Source: Hemiscyllium ocellatum (Eukaryota). From it: 64,000 bases of DNA. Numbering within the stretch: position 1 is the first letter of the stretch; every line of letters starts with the position of its first letter. The notes under the pieces were generated by a model. It was not told where the DNA came from. It saw only the letters and a program-made list of their open reading frames with translations, and did not search any database. This document shows, piece after piece, positions 13,709 to 25,099 of this stretch. The DNA lies in assembly GCF_020745735.1 (NCBI RefSeq), contig NC_083413.1:79546001-79610000 (forward strand). Direction: 5' to 3'. The position numbers and the translations under genes are program-made.

Positions 13709-14392
13709 CATAGAGTCAGAGATGTACAGCATGGAAACAGATCCTTCGGTCCAACCTGTCCATGTCGATCAGATATCCCAACCCAATCTAGCCCCACCTG
13801 CCAGCACCTGGTTCATATCCCTTCAAACCCTTCCTATTCATATATCCATCCAAATGCCTCTTAAATGTTGCAATTGTACCAGCCTCCACCAGTTCTTCTG
13901 GCAGTTCATTCCATACACGTACCACTCTGTGAAAAAGTTGCCCCTTAGGTCTCTTTTATATCTTTCTCCTCTCACCTTCAACCCATGCCCTCTATAGTTC
14001 TGGACTCCCCCACCCCAGGGAAAAGACTTTGTCTATTTACCCTATCCATGCCCCTCATAATTTTGTAAACCTCAGCCTCCGACGCTCAAGGGAAAACAGC
14101 CCTAGTCTGTTCAGCCTCTCCCTATAGCTCAAATCCTCCAACCCTGGCAACATCCTTGTAAATCTTTTCTGAACCCTTTCAAATTTCACAACATCTTTCC
14201 AATAAGGAGACCAGAATTGGATGCAAAATTCCACCAGTGACCTAACCAATGGCCTGTACAACCTCAACATGATCTCCCAACTCCTGTACTCAATACTCTG
14301 ACCAATAAAGGAAAGCATACCAAACACCTTCTTCACTATCCTATCCACCTGCGACTCCACTTTCAAAGAACTATGAACCTGTACTCCAAAGT
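13709..14392 (-). mobile_element. 5'-truncated CR1 LINE (RT C-terminus plus 3' UTR)
   Basis: ORF 14055..14426 has LYRPLVRSLVEFCIQFWSP...ERVQKRFTRMLPG; CR1 3' tail ends at ~13709. Confidence 0.92.
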
Positions 14393-16697
14393 CCCTGGAG
14401 AAAAAAGATTGATGAGCACCTGACAAGCCAGAAGGATCATCTTAGCAAACCCTGTGGCCAGGGACCACTGAATTGCCTTCCCATGTTTTTTTCTTGTGTC
14501 TGTATGTGTGCTTAGGGAGACTTAACAGATAGAGTTTATTTTAGTTTAGATTAGATTCCCTAGTGTGAAAACAGGCCCTTTAGCCTAACAAGTCACACCA
14601 ACCCTCCGAGTTATGTCATAGGTCAAATATTTTTCTTTCCCTGTAGGTGTGTTTTCTCAACCTGGGTCTACAGGTAAATTGGGGAAATTTGCATAAGTCT
14701 TGAATTCACTCATGGGACATGGGCATCACTGGCTGGGCCAGCGTTTATTGCCTTTGCTAGTTGCTGTTGAGAAGGTTGTGGTGAGCAACCTGTTGGACTG
14801 CTGTGATCCAATTGGTGTAGGTCCACCCACAATACCATTAGGGAGGGATTTTCTTTATAAAACCATTAAATTGGTAGAGTATTTCTTCTGTTACTGGTTT
14901 ACTTTCTTGGAGAAATATCCCACTGGCTTCTCTATCCTGGACTCCTTATCCTGCAACAAGACTGCATTTACCCCTAGTCACAAATACCAACCTGCCATTT
15001 TGAAAGGTCTGGAGAAAAAGGGGTAGCCAACACCGATTTGTGATATTCAAGAATTATCCCCCACACCTCCCCTGAGAAACACTTTTGGGACGACATGGCA
15101 TCACTGATAAAAAGGGGGAAGAAAGTGGATCCCAGTCTGCTGGGATCCCAACAGTGAAGTACATTGACTGCCAGGGAAGCTTTGTCTGGGGTTTTGTTGT
15201 TGGAGTCTTAGTCTCTGGGCTGTGGACTCGACTGGGTGAGTCTTTCTTCTGGGGGAATGGGTGGCTCCGGCGCTGTGAGGTCCACTGCTGGGGTTTTCTC
15301 TTTTTACAAATGTAATTTCATCGAGAGGATGCGAAGAAAAATGCTGAAATTAATATTGTACTAATACTTGAGACAAAAAAAGGAAGTTTCAATATAAATT
15401 ATGCCATACTGAAAGTGTTTGATATTTAAATATTTTGGTTTGTTAAAATACTGGCTCAGAAAATATCAAAGTAACTATTTTGCCTTATTTGAATTAGGAT
15501 CTCAATTCAATGATGTTTTGTGGGCTATATAATAAGGCAAATTTTGTTTTTACATTAATATTATACAACACTAGGCCCTTTTTAAAATTATCAACAATGT
15601 AACCTTAAAACAAACTGATAGAGGGCCTTCAGCCTCTGATTTGTTTAAAATTCTACAACGCCTGTTACAAAAACAATTGTGTCAGTGGTCATGCTTTAGC
15701 CAAATGGAAGTATTGCATTAAAATTTCCTTGCTGTTTTTTTTAATACAGAGTGTTCACAAAAAAGAAGAGTGCATTTTAACTTTGATGTTTTGTTAAGAT
15801 TTTAGAAAACATTAGAACTTGACGCGGAATTGTTTAAGTTCTGTCAATTATTGTAAAGACTTCATTGGACCCCATTCATACTACAAATTCAAAGAATGAT
15901 GACTTCTACCAAAACTGTAGTTACTGGTCTGTAACCACTGTAAATCTGACTGTTTTATTTGGAAAGTTAAACTTAAAATGTCAGTTTGTCAGCAACCACA
16001 CATTCTAATTAAAAATATTAAATTTTGTCATTAATGTCAAGCCTTTGAACTATATCTGAAGTAATATGTATCTATGTGGCAGTGGGTTATTATTCGCTTT
16101 AACAAAGAAATTAGAGTGTTTTCATTTGGAGAACATATTTTGCATAAATTCTGCATTTATTTCCCACAAATATTTGAGATTTAAATCTGAACAGAAACTT
16201 CGTCTCCAATGGCTAAAACATTTTGTTGTTTTCTTGTTGTTCCAGATTTTTAAAATACTTTTCCTGACAGCTTTCACATTAGCTAAATATTAGTTTGTGA
16301 AATGAAAATAATTTTTGAATAACTGAATGGGGTACCTGATGGTTTGATTTTAGGACCACTGATTGTTGTTTATAAATGACTGAATTGTTTAGGCAGTACC
16401 ATTTAGAAGCTTATGGATTGTATATAACTTGATAATGTCATAAATAGTGAAAAGAGTACCAGACTTCAAGATGACTGAGAATGTTGAAAAGGCAGACACA
16501 ATTTAGTGTAGTTAAATGTGTGACTGTCTTCATACGGATACCCACCTTGGCAAGGAAGGAATGAGGGGGGAAATGCAAAGAAAGTTTCGGCAGCTAACAT
16601 CATTCCTAGAGTTCTCCATTCACAGGTAAAGCACACCTATGGACCACCGATCACTCCTCCACAATTTAATCAAACAGAATCAATCAGTTCCTCAGTC

Positions 16698-17009
16698 ATG
16701 AGCAAGAAAAGTGAAAAAGCTAACAACAGTGATGAGGAGGTCTGTATGCTTTTTGTCAGTGGCCTTCCTATGGATATTAAAGCATGTGAGCTTTAACTAC
16801 TCTTTCAAAGATTTAAGGAATATGGAAGTTCCCGATCAAGCTAACATCACAACAGCTTTGTTACATTTGACAGCAGAGCGAGAGCAGAAGCAGCAAAGAA
16901 TGCTGCGTTCTCCTACACTGCTGCTGCCGCCACACTTCACACTCAGATGTGCGGGTATCCTCCATCTGAGGCATCTCTGCAAGGATGGAAGTCTTGTCAG
17001 TTTTGTTAA
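16698..17009 (+). pseudogene. Processed pseudogene (retrocopy) of RBPMS/RBPMS2, internally deleted; probable 3' UTR continues to ~17820
   Basis: Reads MSKKSEKANNSDEEVCMLFVSGLPMDIKACEL*LLFQRFKEYGS..IKLTS..FVTFDSRARAEAAKNA|AFSYTAAAATLHTQMCGYPPSEASLQGWKSCQFC*, which matches the RBPMS-family RRM N-half and the C-terminal GWKSRQFC tail. Intronless, with an in-frame stop at 16794-16796, frameshifts, and AATAAA at 17813-17818. Confidence 0.9.
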
Positions 17010-18689
17010 GTATTTAACTGCCCTTATCCAATAATTCAGCTTTCTTCATGGAGTGGTGCACAAGGACAGACTAGAGTTTGTTTTCAGGTTGGACTTTAAT
17101 GAAGGAGATTTTTGATAACTGGCTCGCTTCCACTCAACTTGAGGGGTGAGGTGGTCGTTGTGGATTTAAGAACTTTACTGGTGAACTTTTTTCCCACGTG
17201 GGAAGATCCTGGGAATTCTATCTACTGCATGGACTAGTAATTTTTGTTGTTATAATCATTTCATGTGTGTGTCAATAACTTGCTTATGTACAGCAATATG
17301 ATTCTTATGAAGAAGGTGGTAGTGCCATCTAGGTGGTTATCATGGAATGATAAAAGGAGGGAATGTAATATTAAAGAATTATCTTACTCTGCTGACCTGC
17401 AGGAAATTGGGTTTCCTGGGGGCAGTGTGGGATATTTCTGCTTTACAGGTAGAATGTAAGAGAATTTACATTGTCATCCCTTGCCATTCAGAGCCATCTG
17501 CAGCATCATCACCAATTCAGAAGTCAGTTGGAACATTGCAATTAAAATTCTGGCTGCACCCTATAGTTACAAGAAAACACATGAAGGGATGGTTTAAATT
17601 ACACTGTTTCTGGAGATGACGTGGTCACTGCATTCTATCTTGAGTGGCATGTGACTGTGAGGGGCTGTCTTGTGGGCATTACTGACTGTGATGTAAAGAT
17701 TTTGTATAAAGGAGGGACCGTTGCGTTTGTTCAGAAAGTTTTCCTGGACACGCTTCACAACCATGGCAAGGAGTGTTCAGTGTTTCTCCAAAGCTTGTAT
17801 TGTACTGTGCTTAATAAATTTGGCTTGTTCAAAGTTGTTGGTGTGGTGCATTTACATCAAGTGTGTAAGAATCTCAGAAAAATGAACTAAGCAGGTTCAT
17901 TTATTAAGATAGCCTTCAGCTTTTCAAAAACTGCTTGGCATTCTGCTGGCAATGCCACTTTATTTTAAAACGTGTTCAAGATACAGCTAGTATGATGAAT
18001 TACACACAAGTTTCCTACACAACCCAGATTCCTAAAAACCTCATGATTTCTCCATAGGAAATTCTACTACAGTCTTCAGTGTGCTATCCTTGGCAACACT
18101 TGTCTTTGACCATCAATCGGTTCGAGGTAAGTCACTCTTGTTCTTCCAAATTACTAAGCCAGCCAATTGCAATTGTTTAAACAGGTCTATTACTTGGCTC
18201 ACATAATCTTCAGCTCTTGACGTTAATGACATTTGCCTGTACCATTTATTACATCAAACTTGGAAAGGAATGAGGCAAGGCCAACCTTATTAATGCTGTT
18301 GTCTAATCATAGAATTGGCTACAAATCAGTTGCTTTGACCTCATTCGCTTTCCTATAACCTATACATAGTTCAGTTCATCCATGTGTCTTGGGAAACAAT
18401 ATTACTGGTTAACTCCAATTGCTCTAGCTTGGATCAAAAAAGTGGCTTTCCAACAGAAATTGAATCACTTTTTCCACCTGCAATTGATTTTGTGGGCTCA
18501 ACTGATAAGGATGCAGATTTATTGGTCCTGACACAATGTCCGAATCATTCCTAGCTAATGTAGTACACATCCAGGTGTATCTCTACAGACTACCTTACAT
18601 CTCCAAGATATTGATAGCAGGGTAAGAACTTTTCAGGCTCCTGGCCCATCTGCTTCTGATCAGTAGGCTTGCTGTATTCTTCTTTATTA

Positions 18690-19152
18690 TTTTTTTAAAC
18701 ATCAGAATTCATCTTACCTTCTTTTGGTAGCTTCACTGGAGGAAGGTGCTTCCTCATTGCCATTGTGGCTACGTCTTTGTGGGTCCTATCATGTGGTGGC
18801 GAAAAGGTGGGTCCAGGTCTGGGTCCCCATGGTCCACGATTCCTTACGGCAGCATCTGCAATGTCTTCTGCGGTATTGTGTGTCTGGCCTGGATTCCTTG
18901 TGGTAGCTGTGGCGGTGGCAGCCTGGGAATCTTTGCAGCGCCTCTTCAATGTTGTGGTCTGACAATTCTTGCGGTAGATTCGATATCAGATTTCCTCAGT
19001 CTCAGGAACCCTGGTGCCGTGAATTGAACTAAGATGGACTTTGCCTTAATTTTTTCGTTTTGTCATTAAAATGGTGGAGCATGGCAACTTAAGCACTTTT
19101 CACTATACTTTTATTTTGTAAAAATACATGTGACTATAAAATTACTATTCTA
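18690..19152 (+). mobile_element. Probable Rex1/Babar-type LINE 3' UTR fragment
   Basis: GC-richer block ending cacttttcactatac...catgtgactataaa...ctattcta, resembling Rex1-type 3' ends. No coding motif confirmed. Confidence 0.35.
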
Positions 19153-20539
19153 CACTTCAAGGCGCGTTACAAGATCCTATTATCCTTTCTCTAAATATAA
19201 TAACAGAGAATCTGACTGCCTCAAGATTTCTGTAATTTAGTTGAATTGTAGGAGGTTCGCTTTGAAAATGCCTACCTTTCCTTCCACTTCATTCTTAATT
19301 TGTCATCTTCCACAACTCTCACCATCTAACACAGCTTGTAAAGTCACCATTACCAATACTTCATCTCCTGCTTAACATGTTCTGGTTGCTGAATGTTCAC
19401 CTGACTGTTCATCCATTATTTTGAAACATTTAAAAGCTCTTGTGCTACCCTATGTAATCTTGTAACTCTTACTGGAAAGATGGAGATGTAATCCAATACT
19501 GAAGATTTGTCTTTTTGGTTTGAGAACTTCTCCCCACTCAATTTAATGGACCTCTTAATCTTATGATCATAACTCAATTCAAATGGATTAAATCAGTTAA
19601 TGCATTTGGGGACTCTCTGCTATATATCCTAATTTTATTTTACACCCATCCTGCTAACTCCTGGAAAACTTTTGATAGAAAATTTGAACCCTGATTACAC
19701 AGTGCCTCAATTGGAAGTCCATAATAAAGTGAAAAACTGAGTACCTTTTTCCACTATTACTCCAGCTATACTGATATTCTGCTTTTGTTTTCATTAATGA
19801 TCCTATGCAACCTACAGCAAACTTATTATTAACTAGTGTAAAGACCAGTCCAAACCCCCTCAAATATTCAGTAGTCAGTCTAGACTAACTTTTACTTATT
19901 TTAAACGTAAATGTAAGGAGTTGCGTTCCTGATGCAATTCGATTAATCAAGCTACCAGATTTAAATCAAAGCACTTTATTCATTCACTGCAGTTAAAATA
20001 CAACAGAAGGAAACAAGGAATTGAAATAACTGTTTAGCTAACCCACATACTCGATTTAGTCTCTCCCTCACCTCCGATACATAATCTAATTGTGAGATCT
20101 CCGACTTTGGTCCTGTCAATTTTTCTTTAATTAATTTCAAAGGACCTCTCACTTCATGACTGAATATTAACTCGAAGGGAATAAACTGAGTAGATTTGTT
20201 TGGGGCATCTCTAATGGCAAACAATACGAATGGGATACTTTTACCCCAATCATTCAGGTAATCCTGACAGAATGCTCTCAACATGATCTTCAAGGTCTGA
20301 TGCCACCTTTCCAAAGCCCCGCTGACTTCAGGATGATACACACTGAATTTAAAGTGCTGTATACCTAAGTTGTCCAAAACCTCCTTAAACAGCCTAGCAG
20401 TAAAATTTGACCCAATTGAAACTCTCTGGGTAGCATACCATATGAAGAAAGCTACTAACTGCTCTACTAATCTTTTTGCCTTGATACTCCGTAATGGACC
20501 TGCCTCCGAAAATCTGGTAAGACACATCCATTATGGTTA

Positions 20540-20700
20540 GGTGAAAGTGCAGACTACAGATGCTGGAGATCAGAGTTAATATTAGAGTGGTGCTGGAAAA
20601 ACACAGGTCAAGCAGCATCCGAGGAGCAGGAAAATCGACGTTTCAAGCAGGTGTCCTTCATCAGGAATCCTGATGTTTTTCCAGCACCACTCTAATCTTG
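20540..20700 (-). mobile_element. Short inverted-repeat Penelope derivative inserted in Gypsy integrase
   Basis: Arms ttagagtggtgctggaaaaac / gtttttccagcaccactctaa; hammerhead-type remnant gacgtttc...cttcatcagg; 16-bp duplication acatccattatg(g/a)tta at 20524-20539 and 20701-20716. Confidence 0.75.
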
Positions 20701-23486
20701 ACATCCATTATGATTAACAAGTATTAGTTCCCACTTCTGGTTCTCAGGAGGGGACCTACACAATCAATCAATTATAATCTGTGTGAAAGGTTCCTCAAAT
20801 GCGGAAATTGGCAACAAAGATGCTGGTTTTATTACCTTCTGTGGCTTACCCACCATTTGGCATGTATGACACGTATGGCAAAAGTTAATTATATCCTTGT
20901 GCATTCCAGGCCAATAAAAATGCTTTTGTACCTTAGCTTGAGCCTTTTGTATCTCTAGGTGACCTCCTACAGATAGTTCATGTGCTACCCATAACACTTC
21001 CTGTCTGTAAGCTACCGGCAACACTATCTGGTGCACTTCGGCCCATTTCTCCTCTGCACTGACCTGTCGTGGTCTCCATTTCCACCTTAGCATTCTATCT
21101 TTCAGATAATAACCCTCTGGAATATTCTTTACCTTCTTTTCAGAGTACACATCCACATATATATATCTTTATCATCTTGTCTTGCTGTTGCAAGTCTCTG
21201 AGCCTTTCAGGACTAAATACTTCTGTCCAACTCTCTGCCTGTTCAGGTTTTTTCCTGCACCATAACATCAAACATGGTGTCTGCTAACTGAACCTCTCCT
21301 CCTTCATCTTTCTCTTTATTTTTCACTTTGTGCTGTGCCTAATGATAGTGGGATCTGGCTACCATAGAGTCTGGGAAAATTACCAGGATATTTCTGTTTT
21401 AACTCCTCAATTTCTTGGTTTTCCTTGGGCTTCTCCACAACATGGGGTGTCACTCCCACCTTGGATCCTGCCAAATCATTCCCAAGAACAAACTGAATTC
21501 CTGGAACTGATACTCATCAATCACTTCCACTGTAACTTTGCCAGTCTTGAGTTGGCACTCCAACCTGATCTTCCATAGGGGAACGCTACATTTCTGTTCA
21601 TCTATCCCACAAATTACCACACTCTTGGGTAACATATCAGAACGAGTGCATACTCGCCCGTCCATTACTATCAGCGACTGGTTCGATTCTGTGTATCTCA
21701 AAATTACAACTTCTTGGTCCTTCTCCCCTGTTCTTTCTGAGTAAACTTTACCCACAGCGGCGAATTCTTTGTAGAGATCAGGTACTAACTCCATACCCTG
21801 CCCCTGCCTAGGCTGTGCACTCTCCTGCAACTCCTCGGCTCTTCTTAGGATCTCCTTTACTACCTTCACTAATGCCACTGGCTTAGCTTCTTTCAACTCA
21901 TCTTGTCCTACAGCACCTTTCTTTAATGACCAGCACTGTGACTTTACATGTCCCACTTCACCAGAGGCCTTTCACCTCATTTCCGCACTCTTGGGCTTAT
22001 TTTATCCTGTGGTAAATTCTTACCAGTGCTCTCTACTCTTGGTTTCGTAATGTAAGATCACCCCTTCTCCCAACTTCTATCCCTCACAGGACAAAATTCT
22101 GGCCGGAAGCTTGTCTTATACACCACTGTACTCATCTGCTAATTCTGCTGCCCTTCTCACTTCCTGAACTTTTATTCCTCCAAGTAAATATTTACCACCT
22201 CTGGAAGTGTGTTTTTAAACTCCTCCAGCAGAATAATCTCTTTTAGAGCCTCAAATGTTCTGTCTATTTTCAAAACATGCACCCATCGATCAAAAGGACA
22301 ATGTTTAATTCTTTTGAACTCAACACAAGTCTGATCTGGTTCCTCCTTTGTGTTTCTGAACGGCTGTCAATATACTTCCGGCATCAATTCATAAGCACTT
22401 AAAATAGCCTGCATAACCTCTTCATAATCTCTTGACACCTCATCTGAGTGCGGCAAGCACCTCACTAGCTCTGTCTACCAGTTTAGTGTGAATTGGCATT
22501 ACCTATAAATCCGCAGACCACTCCATCTGCCAAGCCAATATTTCAAATGAAATAAAGACGACTTCAACACTTTTCTAATCAAAAAGTGGCAGAATTTTGA
22601 CATTTTTGTATGTATTACTATCTTCTCTTTTAATTTCCATCCTGTTAACTTGACTTTGCTAAGTTGCAACTTCTCAAGTTCAAATTATCTCTCTTTTTGC
22701 GCAGCTAGGAGCCTTCGTTTTCTCTCTCTCTCTTTTTCCACTCTCTCTCTTCCCCTTTCTTTCTCCCTTTGTTTATCTTCTAACTCCATTTTCCTCAATT
22801 GTAATTTAAGCTTTTCTACCTCTCCTGCCCTTGTCTATTTCTCTGAGACACCTAAATGTTTAAGTAACTCCGTTACAATTTGAGCTTTACTTCTGTTCTT
22901 GTTTAAACTCAAATCTACTTTCTTTGCTAATGTTAAATGTTTGGCCTTTTTCTTTCCTTCTAAACTTTCTTGACAAATTTGAGAATCATCTTCAAATCCC
23001 AGAACCTCTTTAGCAGTTTTAAGAGCTATTTCGCTCACTTTTAATTTAATCAACCACAAATCACTGAAAGTAAACAAATTGCCTCACCTACATTTTATTT
23101 AAAGATCGAGGACACTAACCTGTAAGTGTTTAAATCTGCTGGGATTTTTCGTAAGCCCAAATCTATTCAAATCTGTCTAAACCATTTCAAATGCTGATGA
23201 TGAGCTCCAAACTGTTACAACATGGGCTTAATTTAAACCAGCAACACAGAAAAGATTTATCCCGTGCAGTAATCTGTAAAGATTCAAGAGGCCAAGGAGT
23301 AATAACTTTATTTCTTAAAGTATAACAGAATAATTAACTAACAACTATTTACAACTCCTTCCCCTCACCTACCATTTACTTCCCTTTCTACAATACTAAT
23401 CTGATAAAATCCCCAATTAAGATTAACCAAAATTCAACTTTTCAAAAAATCAGCCATATGTGGAATCTTCTTTTCTTCTTCTTCGT

Positions 23487-23800
23487 GGGCGGCACGGTGG
23501 CACAGTGGTTAGCACTGCTGCCTCACAGCGCCTGAAGACCCGGGTTCAATTCCCGACTCAGGCGACTGACTGTGTGGAGTTTGCACGTTCTCCCCGTGTC
23601 TGCGTGGGTTTCCTCCGGGTGCTCCGGTTTCCTCCCACAGTCCAAAGATGTGCGGGTCAGGTGAATTGGCCATGCTAAATTGCCCGTAGTGTTAGGTAAG
23701 GGGTAATGTAGGGGTATGGGTGGGTTTCGCTTCGGCGGGTCGGTGTGGACTTGTTGGGCCGAAGGGCCTGTTTCCACACTGTAAGTCTAATCTAATCTAA
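23487..23800 (+). mobile_element. Young HE1-type tRNA-derived V-SINE
   Basis: A box tggcacagtgg, B box ggttcaattcc, V-domain tggagtttgcacgttctccccgtg, CR1-like 3' end and (tctaa)3 tail; CpGs intact. Confidence 0.93.
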
Positions 23801-24226
23801 TTCTCAGGGATTTCTGCTTTACAGGTTACTGATCGATAAAGGTAACTTTAAGAAAACGATTCTCTAGGCAGTCTGCAGATATTGTTGACTTGGCAGTTCT
23901 CCTCCTAACTGTTCAATTTCCCCAAGTCTTGTACCCCCAAAACATCGGATTGTGTAATTGGTTTTTAAGATAGTCAATATACTAACTTCAAACTCAATTG
24001 GAGCTTGGTATTTTTCAGGGTACAACTTAAACTGATTTGCCTAATTCAAATCTGTTTTGTTATTTCCGGGCAACCCAGCTAATCTAACTTTCAACAGAGA
24101 GTTATATTGTTACCTTATTCAGAACACTTGGTGTTGTCAGGTCATTCTGCTAGCTTTTAACTCTCTTAAAGGTAAGCTACACCCACATTTCATAACAAAC
24201 TACTTGGAATAATACAGTAACCTTTA

Positions 24227-24543
24227 GATTAGATTAGATTAGATTAGATTAGATTACTTACAGTGTGGAAACAGGCCCTTCTGCCCAACAAGTTCACACC
24301 GACCCGCCGAAGCGGAACCCACCCATACCCCTACATTTACCCCTTATCTAATACTACGGGCAATTTAGCATGGCCAATTCACCTGACCCGCACATCTTTG
24401 GACTGTGGGAGGAAACCGGAGCACCCGGAGGAAACCCACGCAGACACGGGGAGAACGTGCAAACTCCACACAGACAGTCGCCTGAGTCGGGAATTGAACC
24501 AGAGTCTCAGGCGCTGTGAGGCAGCAGTGCTAACCACTGTGCC
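24227..24543 (-). mobile_element. Young HE1-type V-SINE
   Basis: Near reverse complement of 23487-23800; (ttaga)n tail; TSD accttta at 24220-24226 and 24544-24550. Confidence 0.93.
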
Positions 24544-25099
24544 ACCTTTACTAATTAAACTATTCCAATGTAGTAACATCCCACAGACACACCCTTGGCA
24601 AAAAGCAAATTCAGAAAACAAATGGTCTTCCAGAAACTCGTTAGCAGACGAAGAACTTCCAGCTTTTGGCTGTAATCAAGGGAGTGAGTAGACCCTAATA
24701 GCAACTGCTGAAAGCTAAACTAAAGATCCAGGTTCTGTGGGAGTTCGGCCATACTTATTCAGCCTGTTTCTATTATTCCAGTTTATAAGAAAAACCCCAC
24801 GGCCTCACAGGCTGTTTACTCTCTTACAGAGCAATCTCTCTTTTAAAAAGAGAGACAAAATAACCTCTTAAAGCCACAGCATCATCACACCAGCACTCAG
24901 GGGAACAGAAGTATGTTGGTAGATTAAATGTTCTGGTTGATCAAGAGGTCCACATAATCAATGCAAAAACAGACACTAAGTAATAGAAATGTAATGCAGG
25001 GAGTATACGCATCACTGTTATACTTTATTTACAGCATACATCACTTAAGTAATAATACAACTTTGTCTTAAATAAAACTTACTGGCAGAGAACCCTCTC

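Larger units (their letters stand above)
20031..24197 (-). mobile_element. Gmr1-like Gypsy element 2: 5' LTR (23213-24197), gag with SCAN-like segment, protease, integrase; RT, RNase H and 3' LTR absent
   Basis: Zinc knuckle and protease region in 21450..21956; integrase zinc finger in 20764..21156 (AHE..GGH...FYWPGM...CHTCQ); integrase core in 19976..20527 (SVYHPE..GALERWHQTLK). Leader and gag are homologous to 12000-12247. Confidence 0.9.
19837..24889. mobile_element. Solo LTR (19837-20030 plus 24198-24889) split by a nested Gypsy element and a SINE
   Basis: TG start at 19837, ...catcaCA end at 24889, 4-bp flanks ctag/ccag. The two halves rejoin at gaaat-aac-tacttgg. Confidence 0.6.

Noticed and set aside
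16711-17034. 107-aa ORF as a novel protein
   Set aside because: It is an off-frame reading of the RBPMS-family pseudogene.
23487-23560. tRNA gene
   Set aside because: The A and B boxes belong to a SINE head; no complete cloverleaf.
23786-24256. CRISPR-like or telomeric repeats
   Set aside because: The (TCTAA/TTAGA)n runs are SINE tails, not TTAGGG; there are no spacers and the context is eukaryotic.
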